In this document: piece by piece, positions 1 to 9,048 of the stretch
Position numbering within the stretch: the first letter of the stretch is position 1
Layout of the letters: the number at the start of each line of letters is the position of its first letter
Origin: Planctomycetota bacterium
Lineage (GTDB): Bacteria; Planctomycetota; UBA1135; UBA2386
Direction: 5' to 3'
Length of the DNA: 64,000 nucleotides
Assembly: GCA_947501605.1 (NCBI GenBank)
Contig: CANMWZ010000004.1
Location: 32,001-96,000, forward strand
The notes under the pieces: model-generated
What the model was told of the DNA's origin: nothing
The model's database searches: none
What the model saw: the letters and a program-made list of their open reading frames with translations, nothing else
Translations under genes and position numbers: made by a program

Positions 1-2
1 GG

Positions 3-413
3 CGAAACCTGTTCTTCGCCACAGGCTGCGCCGGATGTCACCGCTTTGCCGGTGAAGGATCGGGCGTTGGCCCAGACCTGACGAGTCTCGGCAACAAGTT
101 CAGCGCCGCGGATGTGCTCGAGGCGATCCTCGACCCGAGCAAAGTGGTCAGCGATCAGTTCGCGGGTGCCGTGCTCACGCGCAAGGACGGTTCGACGGTC
201 TTCGGCCGCGTTGCGCAGCGCGGTGACGGCGCCGCGCGGGTCTACGAGGTCGTGACGGCCACCGCGGACGCGGCGGTGGTGCGGGTGCCCGGGGCAGAGG
301 TCGCGGGCGTGGCCGCGGCGAAGTTGTCGCCGATGCCAGCGGGCCTCATCGATCGGCTCAACGAGCAAGAGTTGATCGACCTGTTGGTGTTTCTGCTGTC
401 GCGAGGCCAGTAG
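3..413 (+). CDS. C-terminal part of a PVC-type heme-binding (CxxCH) c-type cytochrome domain protein (5' truncated by window edge)
   Basis: Frame 3 is open from base 3: RNLFFATGCAGCHRFAGEGSGVGPDLTSLGNKFSAADVLEAILDPS...LSPMPAGL...ELIDLLVFL. The CxxCH, GPDL, ILDPS and SxMP motifs are typical of the planctomycete putative heme-binding domain. Confidence 0.8.
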   Translation, partial: RNLFFATGCAGCHRFAGEGSGVGPDLTSLGNKFSAADVLEAILDPSKVVSDQFAGAVLTRKDGSTVFGRVAQRGDGAARVYEVVTATADAAVVRVPGAEVAGVAAAKLSPMPAGLIDRLNEQELIDLLVFLLSRGQ

Positions 414-436
414 GCGCGCGCCGAGGCTCGCGTGGC

Positions 437-3157
437 TCAGTGCGCCAAGAGCCAGTTGTGGCCAATGCCGATCGCGACCTCCAGCGGAACCCGCAGCTGT
501 GCTGCGTTGGTCATTGCGTCGCGCACGAGAATCTTCACCTCGACGAGTTCGACCTCGGGCACATCAAGCACCAGCTCGTCGTGCACCTGCAGCAGCAATC
601 GCGCCCGCAGCGATCGCTGCGCCAGTTGGTCGTGCAAGGTGAGCATCGCGCGCTTCACGATGTCGGCCGCCGCGCCTTGGATCGGCGTGTTGACGGCCAT
701 GTTCTCCGCGGCGATGCGTTGGCCGGCGTTGGTCGAATCGATCTCCGGCAGCGGCCGCCGCCGCCCGAACATCGTCCAGACCTCTTTCTGGGTCCGCGCC
801 TGTTCGAGACTGCCGTCGAGGTAGCGCTTCACTCCAGGCAGGGCGCGGAAGTAATTGTCGATGAACTTGCGTGCCTCGGGGGGACGCATCCCGGTCTCGC
901 TGGCGAGGCGGCTGGCGCCCATGCCGTACATCAAGCCGTAGTTGATGATCTTTGCCTGGTTGCGCAGTTCGGGTGTGACCATGTCAGGCAGCAACCCATG
1001 GACCAGCGAGGCCGTTCGCGCGTGGATGTCCTCACCCTTTTGAAACGACTCGACCAGTGCCTTGTCGTTCGATAGATGCGCGAGGATCCGTAGCTCGATC
1101 TGGCTGTAGTCGGCGGACAGCAAGACCCAGTCATGGTCGCGCGCCACGAACGCGGCGCGGACCTTGCGACCTTCCTCGGTGCGGATCGGGATGTTCTGCA
1201 GGTTTGGGTTGTCGCTCGACAAGCGTCCCGTTGCTGCCACCGCCTGATTGAACGTCGTGTGCACCCGACCGGTCGAGGGATCGGCCATCGTCGGCAGACT
1301 GTCGACGTAGGTGCCCTTCAGCTTGGTCAGTTGCCGCCACTCGAGGAGCAGCGCCGGTACCTCGTGGTGTGGCGCCAGCTTCTCCAGCACTTCATGGTCG
1401 GTCTTGTACTGTCCCGTCGGCGTGCGGCGCGGTTTCGGCATCTCGGCGGCACGGTGTACTTCGAGATCCTCGAACAGGACCTTGCCGACCTGCTGTGGGG
1501 AACCGAGGTTGAACGTCTGCCCGGCGCGCTGGAACACGCGCGCTTCGAGTTCGGCGATGCGCTTCTCCATCTCGCGCGCGACCAGCGCAAGGTGTGCAAT
1601 GTCGAGGCGGATGCCCTCGCGCTCCATGTCGAGCAGCACGGGCACGAGCGGCAGCTCCAGCGAACGGAACAGGGCGCCGACCTTGGCCTTCTCGAGTTCG
1701 GGCTCGAGGATGGCGCGAAGGCGCAGGGCGCAGTCCGCGTCCTCGCCGACAAAGGCCGCGACGGCGCCGGGATCGATCTGGTCAAAGGTCTTCTGCTTCT
1801 TGCCGCTGCCGAGGACGTCCTTGCGCGGTGTCTTCTTGAAACCGAGTCGGCGCAGCGTCTGGCTGTCGAGGTCATGATCGCCGAGGCCCGGTTCGAGGCA
1901 GTAGCTCGCGAGCAGCGTATCGAAGGTGAAGCCTTTGCCGTGGATTCCCGCGCGGTGGAGAGCGCCTAGCTCGCGCTTGCTGTCGCCAGTGACCTTCTGC
2001 AGCGACGGGTCTTCGAGCAAGGGGCGCAAGCGCGAGAGAACGGCATCGCGGCCACCGGCCAAGAGCGGCGGATTCTGGTCCAGTGCGATGTAGCGGCTCT
2101 TGCCGGGCTCGGTACTAAAGGCGAGGCCAGAGAGACGACCCTTGTGCGGGGAACTACCGAAGGACTCGGTTGCGACGGCGAAGCTGCCGCGCTCGCGCAG
2201 CGCACTGAGCAGCTCGTCGAGCTCCGCCGCCGTCGCGACGATGCGGTAGTCCTTCTGGACGTCATCCGGGCGGGGTGCCTGCACGATGGTCGCCAGCAGC
2301 GAGCCGAAATCGAGGCGCAGGAACAGCGCACGGAGCTTGTCGGGATCCGGCGCTGCAGGGCCGATGGCCTGTGCCGTGATCGGGAGCGCGACGTCAGTCT
2401 TCAGGGTCACGAGGCGCTGGCTCAGAAGCGCCAGATCCTTGTTGGCCTCCAATGAGGCACGGATCGCAGGCTTGGTCACTTCGGCCGTCCGCGCGAGCAG
2501 TTGTTCGAGGGAGCCGAACTGCTGCATCAGCGCGACCGCAGTCTTCTCGCCGATCTTCGGCACGCCGGGGACGTTGTCACTGCTGTCGCCCATGAGCGCC
2601 AGGAGGTCGATCATCGCGGTGGGCTTCACGCCCCATTGGGCCTCGGCCTCGGCAGGTCCAAGAATCTCGGGCTTGGCCGTCGAGCTGCGCAGGTTCCACA
2701 GCTTGATGCGGTCGTCGACGATCTGGAGGAAGTCCTTGTCGCCCGTGACGATGTAGACCTCCATGCCGGCGTCGCGACCCTGGACGGCGAGTGTGCCGAT
2801 CACGTCATCGGCTTCATCGCGCACGGCTTCGACCACTGTGACGCCATAGGCCTCGACGACGGCGCGGATGTCGTCGAGTTGCAGCGCCATTTCCTCGGGC
2901 ATCTTCTCGCGCGTCGATTTGTACTCGGGGTAGATCGCGGTGCGGTGAAGGTCCTGCCGCGGCCCGTCGAACGAAATCGCGATGGCATCGGGCTGCTCGC
3001 GCGAAAGCAGCGAGCGCAGGGTCTGGATGAAGCCGAAGGTCGCCCCCGTGGGGTGGCCCGATTTGGTGGTGAGCTGCGTGCGCGGGCTGTTGGCGAATGC
3101 GAAGAAGCTGCGGTACGCGAGTGCCGTGCCATCGATCAAGAAGAGCCGCTTGCCCAT
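437..3157 (-). CDS. polA: DNA polymerase I
   Basis: 5'-nuclease start LFLIDGTALAYRSF, EADDVIGTL, GDSSDNVPGV; polymerase motifs TGRLSSDNPNLQNIP, ADYSQIELRILAH, QVHDELV. Start trimmed to ATG 3157 (MGKRLFL). Confidence 0.97.
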   Translation of the reverse strand: MGKRLFLIDGTALAYRSFFAFANSPRTQLTTKSGHPTGATFGFIQTLRSLLSREQPDAIAISFDGPRQDLHRTAIYPEYKSTREKMPEEMALQLDDIRAVVEAYGVTVVEAVRDEADDVIGTLAVQGRDAGMEVYIVTGDKDFLQIVDDRIKLWNLRSSTAKPEILGPAEAEAQWGVKPTAMIDLLALMGDSSDNVPGVPKIGEKTAVALMQQFGSLEQLLARTAEVTKPAIRASLEANKDLALLSQRLVTLKTDVALPITAQAIGPAAPDPDKLRALFLRLDFGSLLATIVQAPRPDDVQKDYRIVATAAELDELLSALRERGSFAVATESFGSSPHKGRLSGLAFSTEPGKSRYIALDQNPPLLAGGRDAVLSRLRPLLEDPSLQKVTGDSKRELGALHRAGIHGKGFTFDTLLASYCLEPGLGDHDLDSQTLRRLGFKKTPRKDVLGSGKKQKTFDQIDPGAVAAFVGEDADCALRLRAILEPELEKAKVGALFRSLELPLVPVLLDMEREGIRLDIAHLALVAREMEKRIAELEARVFQRAGQTFNLGSPQQVGKVLFEDLEVHRAAEMPKPRRTPTGQYKTDHEVLEKLAPHHEVPALLLEWRQLTKLKGTYVDSLPTMADPSTGRVHTTFNQAVAATGRLSSDNPNLQNIPIRTEEGRKVRAAFVARDHDWVLLSADYSQIELRILAHLSNDKALVESFQKGEDIHARTASLVHGLLPDMVTPELRNQAKIINYGLMYGMGASRLASETGMRPPEARKFIDNYFRALPGVKRYLDGSLEQARTQKEVWTMFGRRRPLPEIDSTNAGQRIAAENMAVNTPIQGAAADIVKRAMLTLHDQLAQRSLRARLLLQVHDELVLDVPEVELVEVKILVRDAMTNAAQLRVPLEVAIGIGHNWLLAH

Positions 3158-3349
3158 GCGGTCGTTGTAGCGGCGTCGTCTTGGGACTGCGAACGCGGCG
3201 TTGACATGGGCGCCGCTCGCGGGCGACCGATCGGGTGGCGCAGTGGGGCGCGGTCGTGTCGGATTAGGGTTTGGATCCTCCGTGCGGCATGCCGAGAATC
3301 CTCCATCCGATCGCATGCCAGGCTCTGGCTGCGGCTCGCAGATACGCCG

Positions 3350-6067
3350 ATGCAAGCCAGCCTGAAGTCGACCATCGCGGGGATCTTCTTCCTCGCCCTC
3401 TCGGTCATCCTGTTCGAGATCGCGCTCACCCGCGTGTTCGCGATCATGATGTGGCACCACTTCACCTACATGGTGATCTCGATCGGGCTGCTGGGGTTCG
3501 GGGCCTCGGGGAGTCTGCTCACGGCGCAGCGCGCCAGCGAGAAGAAGAACGACCCGAGCAAGGCGTTGGCTTGGTGCAGCTTCGGCTACGGCGCGAGTGT
3601 GATCCTAGCGTTCATGGTGGCGACGCGCATCCAGCCGGACAGCCTCGCGATCTGGCAGGACAAGTCGAACTTCTTGTTGCTGTCGCTGATCTACCTGGTG
3701 ATCGGCGTTCCGTTCCTGCTCGGCGGCTATGGCATCGGCCTCGCGCTCACTCGCTTCGTCAAGAACGTCAACACGCTGTACTTCAGCGACCTCGTCGGCT
3801 CGGCGCTCGGTGCCGGCATCGCGGCGCTCGCGCTCAAGAGCTACGGGAGCACGGCGTCAGTAGTGCTTGCCGGGTCCTTTGGCCTCTTGGCCGCCGCGTG
3901 CTTTGGCATGGGCAATCGCCGCCTGCGCTTGCTGTCGGTGGCGAGTCTGCTGTTGGGGATTGGCCTCGCGGTGGCGTTCTGTTCTGGAGCGGTCACGTGG
4001 CGCGTGCCATTTGCTCCCGGCAAGGAAGCCGCTGTGGTGGAACAACTCGGGTTGCCCATCGAGCGCATCTTCAGTGGCACCGCCGAGGTGGAAGTCGCGC
4101 CCAACGTGACGGGACCGCCCGCGTTCGGTGGGGACAACGGCATGGTGGACAACATCGACGTCGAGCAGCGAACGGCTGGCCAGGACGGCACCGCGCCGAC
4201 GACGATGTACAAGGGTGCAAGCCAACTGGAGCGCTTTCCCTTTCTCGACGACACGTCGGCCGCGACGGCCTATGTCGCGCACCGTGCTGGCGGCCGCAAA
4301 GACCTCGGCGTCATGGTCATCGGCGTCGGCGGTGGTGTCGATGTGATGGTGGCTCTGGCCAATGGTGCCGGCAACGTCACTGCGGTCGAGCTCAACTCAG
4401 CGATGATCGAGATGGTGACGCAGCGGCACGCGGAGTACCTCGGCCACCTGTTCACGAGAGGATCCAGTGCGGTCGCGGACCGGATCGAGCTCGTCAACAG
4501 CGAAGGGCGCGCGTTCCTGCGCACGCATGACGCCAAGTACGACGTGATCCAGATGAGCGGCGTCGACTCATACACGGCACTGAGCACCGGTGCCTACACA
4601 CTGTCGGAGAGCTATCTCTACACGACCGGTGCGGTACGCGACTTCTTCGGACACCTGACGGAGAACGGCATCGTCAACTACTCGCGGTTCGTCGAGAACC
4701 TGCCGACGCAGCCGCGGGAGACGCTGCGGCTCGCGAACATCGCCGTCTCCGCTCTGCGTGAACTCGGTGTCCCCGACGCGGAGTCGCACGTCGCTGTGTT
4801 CCAGGGCCAGGTGTGGGCGTCGACCATGGTCAAGCGCTCGCCGTTCCAGAAGGAAGAGCTCGCCGCGCTGCGCGCATTCGCGGAAAGAGAGGGCTTCGTT
4901 GGCCTGATCTTCGACCCGCTCCGCGACCGCTCGCAAGCGTTCGAGGTCGAGCCACAGATGTTTGCGGCAATGCGGGAGACCTTTTGGAACGCCGCCAAGC
5001 AAGGCCAGTTCGGCTATGGCGACGACCCGCTGCAAGCGGTTCGCGACTTGTTCGCGGCGGCGGCGATGGTTGCCAAGGGCGCGGAGCCGGCATCGGAGTT
5101 GTTGCCAGCGGCGATGCTGCCAGAGAAGCGCGAACTCGCAGCGACGTTCTTGCGCGAGCAGCAGCGGGCGATCAAGGCGCAGGCGGCCTATGCAATCGAC
5201 ACTCGCACGACGTTTCAGCGCACTCTCGATCCGGATGCCGAGGCCCGGCGCGCGTTCGTCGATGCCTACGACTACCAGATCGCACCGTCGACGGATGACG
5301 CCCCCTTCTTCTTCAACTACTACAAGTACGCCAACCTGTTCACCGGCAGCCGCGTCAGCGATCCGAGTCTGTTCCGCTACCACACGGACTTCCCGGTCGG
5401 CCACCTCATCCTGCTGGCATCGGTGTTGCAGATCGTGCTGCTCGCGGCGACGTTGATCTTCCTGCCACTCCGCAAGCTCGGCCGTTCGGGGGTGCGGACG
5501 CCGGGACTGTGGCGCTACTTCGGCTACTTCGCCGCGCTCGGCGTGGGCTTCATGTTCTTGGAGATCACGCTGATGCAGAAGCTCGTGATCTTCCTCGGGC
5601 ACCCTACGTATGCGCTGACGGTTGTGCTGGCCAGCCTGCTCGGGGCGGCGGGAACCGGGTCCTTGTTGGCGGGGCGAGTCCGCGAAGTGACACAGCGCCA
5701 TGTGCACGTGCTCGCGATCGCGATCGTCGTCGTGATCCTGCTCGACCTCGCAGCCGTCAACTTGCTGTTGCCGCTGCTACTTGGTCTGCCGCTCGAGGCG
5801 CGCATGGCGACGGTGGTGGCGCTGTTGATCCCGACCGGACTGCTGCTCGGGATGCCGTTCCCGACCGGCATGCGGATCATCGAACGACAGTGTCCGCACC
5901 TCTTGCCATGGGGCTGGGCAGTCAACGCGTTCTGTTCGGTCTTCGCCTCGATCTTCTGCATCGTGCTCAGCATGGGCATCGGCTTCACCAACGTCCTGCT
6001 GCTGTCGGCCGTGATCTACGGTGTCGGTCTGTCGTGCCTGCGGGTCCAGCCGCGAGCGGCGGGCTGA
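3350..6067 (+). CDS. Multi-TM membrane protein fused to a spermidine-synthase-like class I SAM-dependent transferase domain
   Basis: N- and C-terminal hydrophobic helix bundles (FEIALTRVF..., GFMFLEITLMQKL, MPFPTG, WGWAVN) around a SAM motif (VIGVGGGVDV...VTAVELN...EGRAFL...YDVI, LSESYLYT). Start taken as ATG 3350. Confidence 0.8.
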   Translation: MQASLKSTIAGIFFLALSVILFEIALTRVFAIMMWHHFTYMVISIGLLGFGASGSLLTAQRASEKKNDPSKALAWCSFGYGASVILAFMVATRIQPDSLAIWQDKSNFLLLSLIYLVIGVPFLLGGYGIGLALTRFVKNVNTLYFSDLVGSALGAGIAALALKSYGSTASVVLAGSFGLLAAACFGMGNRRLRLLSVASLLLGIGLAVAFCSGAVTWRVPFAPGKEAAVVEQLGLPIERIFSGTAEVEVAPNVTGPPAFGGDNGMVDNIDVEQRTAGQDGTAPTTMYKGASQLERFPFLDDTSAATAYVAHRAGGRKDLGVMVIGVGGGVDVMVALANGAGNVTAVELNSAMIEMVTQRHAEYLGHLFTRGSSAVADRIELVNSEGRAFLRTHDAKYDVIQMSGVDSYTALSTGAYTLSESYLYTTGAVRDFFGHLTENGIVNYSRFVENLPTQPRETLRLANIAVSALRELGVPDAESHVAVFQGQVWASTMVKRSPFQKEELAALRAFAEREGFVGLIFDPLRDRSQAFEVEPQMFAAMRETFWNAAKQGQFGYGDDPLQAVRDLFAAAAMVAKGAEPASELLPAAMLPEKRELAATFLREQQRAIKAQAAYAIDTRTTFQRTLDPDAEARRAFVDAYDYQIAPSTDDAPFFFNYYKYANLFTGSRVSDPSLFRYHTDFPVGHLILLASVLQIVLLAATLIFLPLRKLGRSGVRTPGLWRYFGYFAALGVGFMFLEITLMQKLVIFLGHPTYALTVVLASLLGAAGTGSLLAGRVREVTQRHVHVLAIAIVVVILLDLAAVNLLLPLLLGLPLEARMATVVALLIPTGLLLGMPFPTGMRIIERQCPHLLPWGWAVNAFCSVFASIFCIVLSMGIGFTNVLLLSAVIYGVGLSCLRVQPRAAG

Positions 6068-6075
6068 AAACGACA

Positions 6076-6108
6076 CCGCCGCGCTGACGCAGGGCGGCAG
6101 CGCGGCGG
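6076..6108. terminator. GC-rich hairpin between convergent genes, probable intrinsic terminator
   Basis: CCGCCGCGCTG (6076-6086) and CAGCGCGGCGG (6098-6108) form a perfect 11-bp inverted repeat; TGTCGTTTT follows on the minus strand. Confidence 0.6.
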
Positions 6109-6163
6109 CGGCGTTCGGGTGATCAAGCGATCCGGTTCTGCAAGCAGCACGGACCGCGAGAAA

Positions 6164-6424
6164 TCACTTCGCGGGCATGGAGCCCGTGACCTTCGACTTC
6201 TTGTCGCCGGCCGGCATCCCGTCGAACTTCGTCATGCAGTTCTTGCAGCAGAAGCCGACAGTCTGGCCGTCGAACGTCGTCGTCGGGCAGTCGCTCGTGA
6301 GCGCCTCGCCCGAGACGGGGCACTTGGCGTTCATGGCCTTGCTGTTGGTCGTGGTGCTCGTGCTGCTGCACGAAGCGAAAAAGAACAAGGACGCGATGAC
6401 AACACTGGTGCGGATGAGCTTCAT
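6164..6424 (-). CDS. Small YHS/TRASH-like Cys-rich lipoprotein
   Basis: MKLIRTSVVIASLFFFAS-C lipobox-like leader, then NAKCPVSG...FDGQTVGFCCKNCMTKF (CPV...FCCxxC metal-binding pattern). Confidence 0.7.
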   Translation of the reverse strand: MKLIRTSVVIASLFFFASCSSTSTTTNSKAMNAKCPVSGEALTSDCPTTTFDGQTVGFCCKNCMTKFDGMPAGDKKSKVTGSMPAK

Positions 6425-6552
6425 GTATGGATTCCTCGGCTGCTGATGCTGGCCCACGACAATGCTGGTGTCCAGCGCGGCGGGCGCAGAAGTGCGCGTT
6501 GGTCGTGCCCAATCCCCGGGCTTCAGAGTCCCCAGTGGGTCGGTCGAGCGGT

Positions 6553-7206
6553 TCAGACCAGGTACTTGATGGCGAGGAAACCGCCGATGCCCATGGCCGC
6601 GACGGCAAAAGTGATCCAGCCGAGGTGCTTGTCGAGGACGCGCTTCACCGGCTCGCCGTAGCGCCACAGCATGAAGGCGACGAGGTAGAAGCGCGCCGAG
6701 CGTCCGATCACGGAGGCCAGCAAGAACATCGGCAGGCTGATGTCGCAGATGCCGGCTGTGATCGTGATGACCTTGTAGGGGATCGGCGTGAACGCGGCGA
6801 CGAACACGATCCAGAAGTTGTACTGCTCGTACTGTAGCTTCACTTTGTCGAAGACCTCCTGGGTGAAGCCCGGCACGTAGGTGAAGAAGAACTCATCGAG
6901 TCCGGTGGTGTCCCACAGCAGCGCCCCGATGGCGTAGCCGGCGAGTCCACCGAGGACCGAGGCCACGGAGCACCAGAACGCGAACCGGAATGCTCGCGCG
7001 CGATCGCCGAGGCAGAGTGCGATCAGCAGCACGTCTGGCGGGATCGGGAAGAAGCTGCTTTCGGCGAAGCTCATGACCGAGAGAGCCGGCGTGCCGTAGG
7101 GCGTGTCGGCCCAGTGCATCACCCAGTCGTAGAGGCGCTTGAGCGGGCCGCGGCGCGGCGGCTTTGTGGGGTCGGACGGCTTCGATGTGGGCGATGAGGA
7201 GTTCAC
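6553..7206 (-). CDS. YqaA/DedA (VTT-domain) membrane protein
   Basis: LYDWV...SFAESSFFPIPPDVLL and FTPIPYKVITITAG signatures. Confidence 0.88.
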   Translation of the reverse strand: MNSSSPTSKPSDPTKPPRRGPLKRLYDWVMHWADTPYGTPALSVMSFAESSFFPIPPDVLLIALCLGDRARAFRFAFWCSVASVLGGLAGYAIGALLWDTTGLDEFFFTYVPGFTQEVFDKVKLQYEQYNFWIVFVAAFTPIPYKVITITAGICDISLPMFLLASVIGRSARFYLVAFMLWRYGEPVKRVLDKHLGWITFAVAAMGIGGFLAIKYLV

Positions 7207-7223
7207 GGTGTGCTAGGGCGGCG

Positions 7224-8933
7224 TCAGCTTGCGGCGGTGATCTTGTGCACTTCGAGGGTCACGGGGCCCTCCTCGCCGCGCGTGTTGATGCGCGGTGTGG
7301 CGAGTACGTTCCAGAGTCCTTGGTGGTTGCGCAGTTCTTCAAAGCGCGCCGCCGCACGTACCACGCGCGCCGGCAAGAGTTGACCGTCGTGCACGAGCCG
7401 TACGCGCAGGTCGAGGCCGCGGGTGTCGTTCTGCGGCGAACCGACGAGGCGAACTCCCGAGGTCGAAAAGCGCGCGCGGCGATGGCCCGGGCCGAACGGA
7501 GCGAGCATCTCGAGCCGGCGCACGGACATGGGATCGTACTCGGAGAAACTCGCGTTGCCGTCGCTCGGATCGCTGACGTCGCCGCCAGGATTCAGGCGGC
7601 AGACTTCGAGAAACGCCTCGCGGAAGGCCTCGAAGCGGTTCCGGTGCACTTCGAGACCGACGGCGGCAGCGTGGCCGCCGTGCGAATTGAGGAACTGACC
7701 GCAGGCGGCGAGCGCATTGCGCAGGTTCAGGCCCGATTGGCATCGACCGCTGCCGCGCCCGATGTCGCCTTTCCAGGCGATCAGGATGGCCGGCTTCCCG
7801 GTCGACTCGGTGACGCGGGCGGCGACGATGCCGAGAACACCTGGGTGCCAGTCGTCACCAGCCAACACGACTGCGGGGCCAGTTTCGCGTGCTGCCAGCG
7901 CCACTACTTCGTCCTGCAGTTTGCGTTCTACCTTGCGGCGTTCGTCGTTGTGCTTCTCCAACACCTTCGCGGCCTTTTGGGCTTCGATGATTCCTGGTGC
8001 GCACAGCAATGCGGCGGCGTCGAGGGCGTGGCCGACGCGGCCCGCTGCGTTGATCAAGGGTGCGATGCGAAACGCGATGTCCTCGACGTCTGGCGAACGG
8101 TTGGACAAGCCCGCGGAATCGAGCAGTGCACGAATGCCTGGGCTCCGGCTCTGCGCCAGTGCCCGTAACCCGTGCCATACGAGCGTGCGGTTCTCGCCGC
8201 GCAACGGCGCCACGTCCGCGACCGTGCCGAGGGCGGTGTAGCTCATCGCATCGAGCAAGAAGTCGCTGAACTCGGGGCTTTGCAACAGCCCGCGCGTGAG
8301 CGTGTCGGAGACGGCGGCGGCGAGGCGGAACGCGACGCCGACGCCAGCGAGGTCGCGGTCGGGGTAGCCGGCTCCCGCAAGACGCGGGTTCAGCATCGCG
8401 AACGCCGGGGCCACGTTCTCACCAGTGCCGTGGTGGTCGGTGACGATGACGTCGCAGCCGCTCGCTTGGATGCGGCCGATCGACTCGCAAGCGTTGGTGC
8501 CGTTGTCCACCGAGACGACGAGCTTGGCATTGGCCTTCTGGATCGCCTCTTCACTGGCGCGCGAGAACGAGTAGCCGTCAGCGCGAGCCGGGATGTGCGG
8601 CTTCACGTCGGCGTGCAGCAGACGGAAGAACTTCGTCAGCAAGACGGTGCCACTAATGCCGTCGACGTCGTAGTCGCCGTGGATCAGGATCGTCTGCTGG
8701 TGCCGCAGTGCATGCTTGATGCGATCGACTGCGCGCTGCATGTCCACGAAGGCAAAGGGGTCGTGCAGGCCGCCGAGTTCGGGGCGCAGAAACGTCTTCA
8801 CTTTGTCCGGGGTGTCTTGCCCGCGGGCTAGCAGTACGCGCGCGACGATGCCGGGCAACCCGAGAGTCTTCGCCAGGGCGCCCTCGCGCGGGTCGGCGGG
8901 CTGGGCGTTCTCGGCGGGGGGGGTGCGCTGCAT
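7224..8933 (-). CDS. recJ: Single-stranded-DNA-specific exonuclease RecJ
   Basis: HGDYDVDG, SVDNG, VTDHH, GTVADVAPLRGENR, INAAGR, GGHAAAVG (DHH/DHHA1 motifs). Start taken as ATG 8933. Confidence 0.95.
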   Translation of the reverse strand: MQRTPPAENAQPADPREGALAKTLGLPGIVARVLLARGQDTPDKVKTFLRPELGGLHDPFAFVDMQRAVDRIKHALRHQQTILIHGDYDVDGISGTVLLTKFFRLLHADVKPHIPARADGYSFSRASEEAIQKANAKLVVSVDNGTNACESIGRIQASGCDVIVTDHHGTGENVAPAFAMLNPRLAGAGYPDRDLAGVGVAFRLAAAVSDTLTRGLLQSPEFSDFLLDAMSYTALGTVADVAPLRGENRTLVWHGLRALAQSRSPGIRALLDSAGLSNRSPDVEDIAFRIAPLINAAGRVGHALDAAALLCAPGIIEAQKAAKVLEKHNDERRKVERKLQDEVVALAARETGPAVVLAGDDWHPGVLGIVAARVTESTGKPAILIAWKGDIGRGSGRCQSGLNLRNALAACGQFLNSHGGHAAAVGLEVHRNRFEAFREAFLEVCRLNPGGDVSDPSDGNASFSEYDPMSVRRLEMLAPFGPGHRRARFSTSGVRLVGSPQNDTRGLDLRVRLVHDGQLLPARVVRAAARFEELRNHQGLWNVLATPRINTRGEEGPVTLEVHKITAAS

Positions 8934-9048
8934 GAGCGCGCAGATGGTAGCCGTGACGCCGTGGATGCCCAGCGTCGATCCCAGTGACCGCCGCGGCAGT
9001 TTGCTGCCTGCGACCTCGTCGCGGCACGGTAGGATCCGCGGCCCGCCG

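Noticed and set aside
2501..3349. ORF-track N-terminal extensions giving large overlaps (polA/transferase, recJ/selA, ABC/pilin)
   Set aside because: Recognisable homology and RBS or signal peptides start at downstream ATGs, so the extensions are artefacts.
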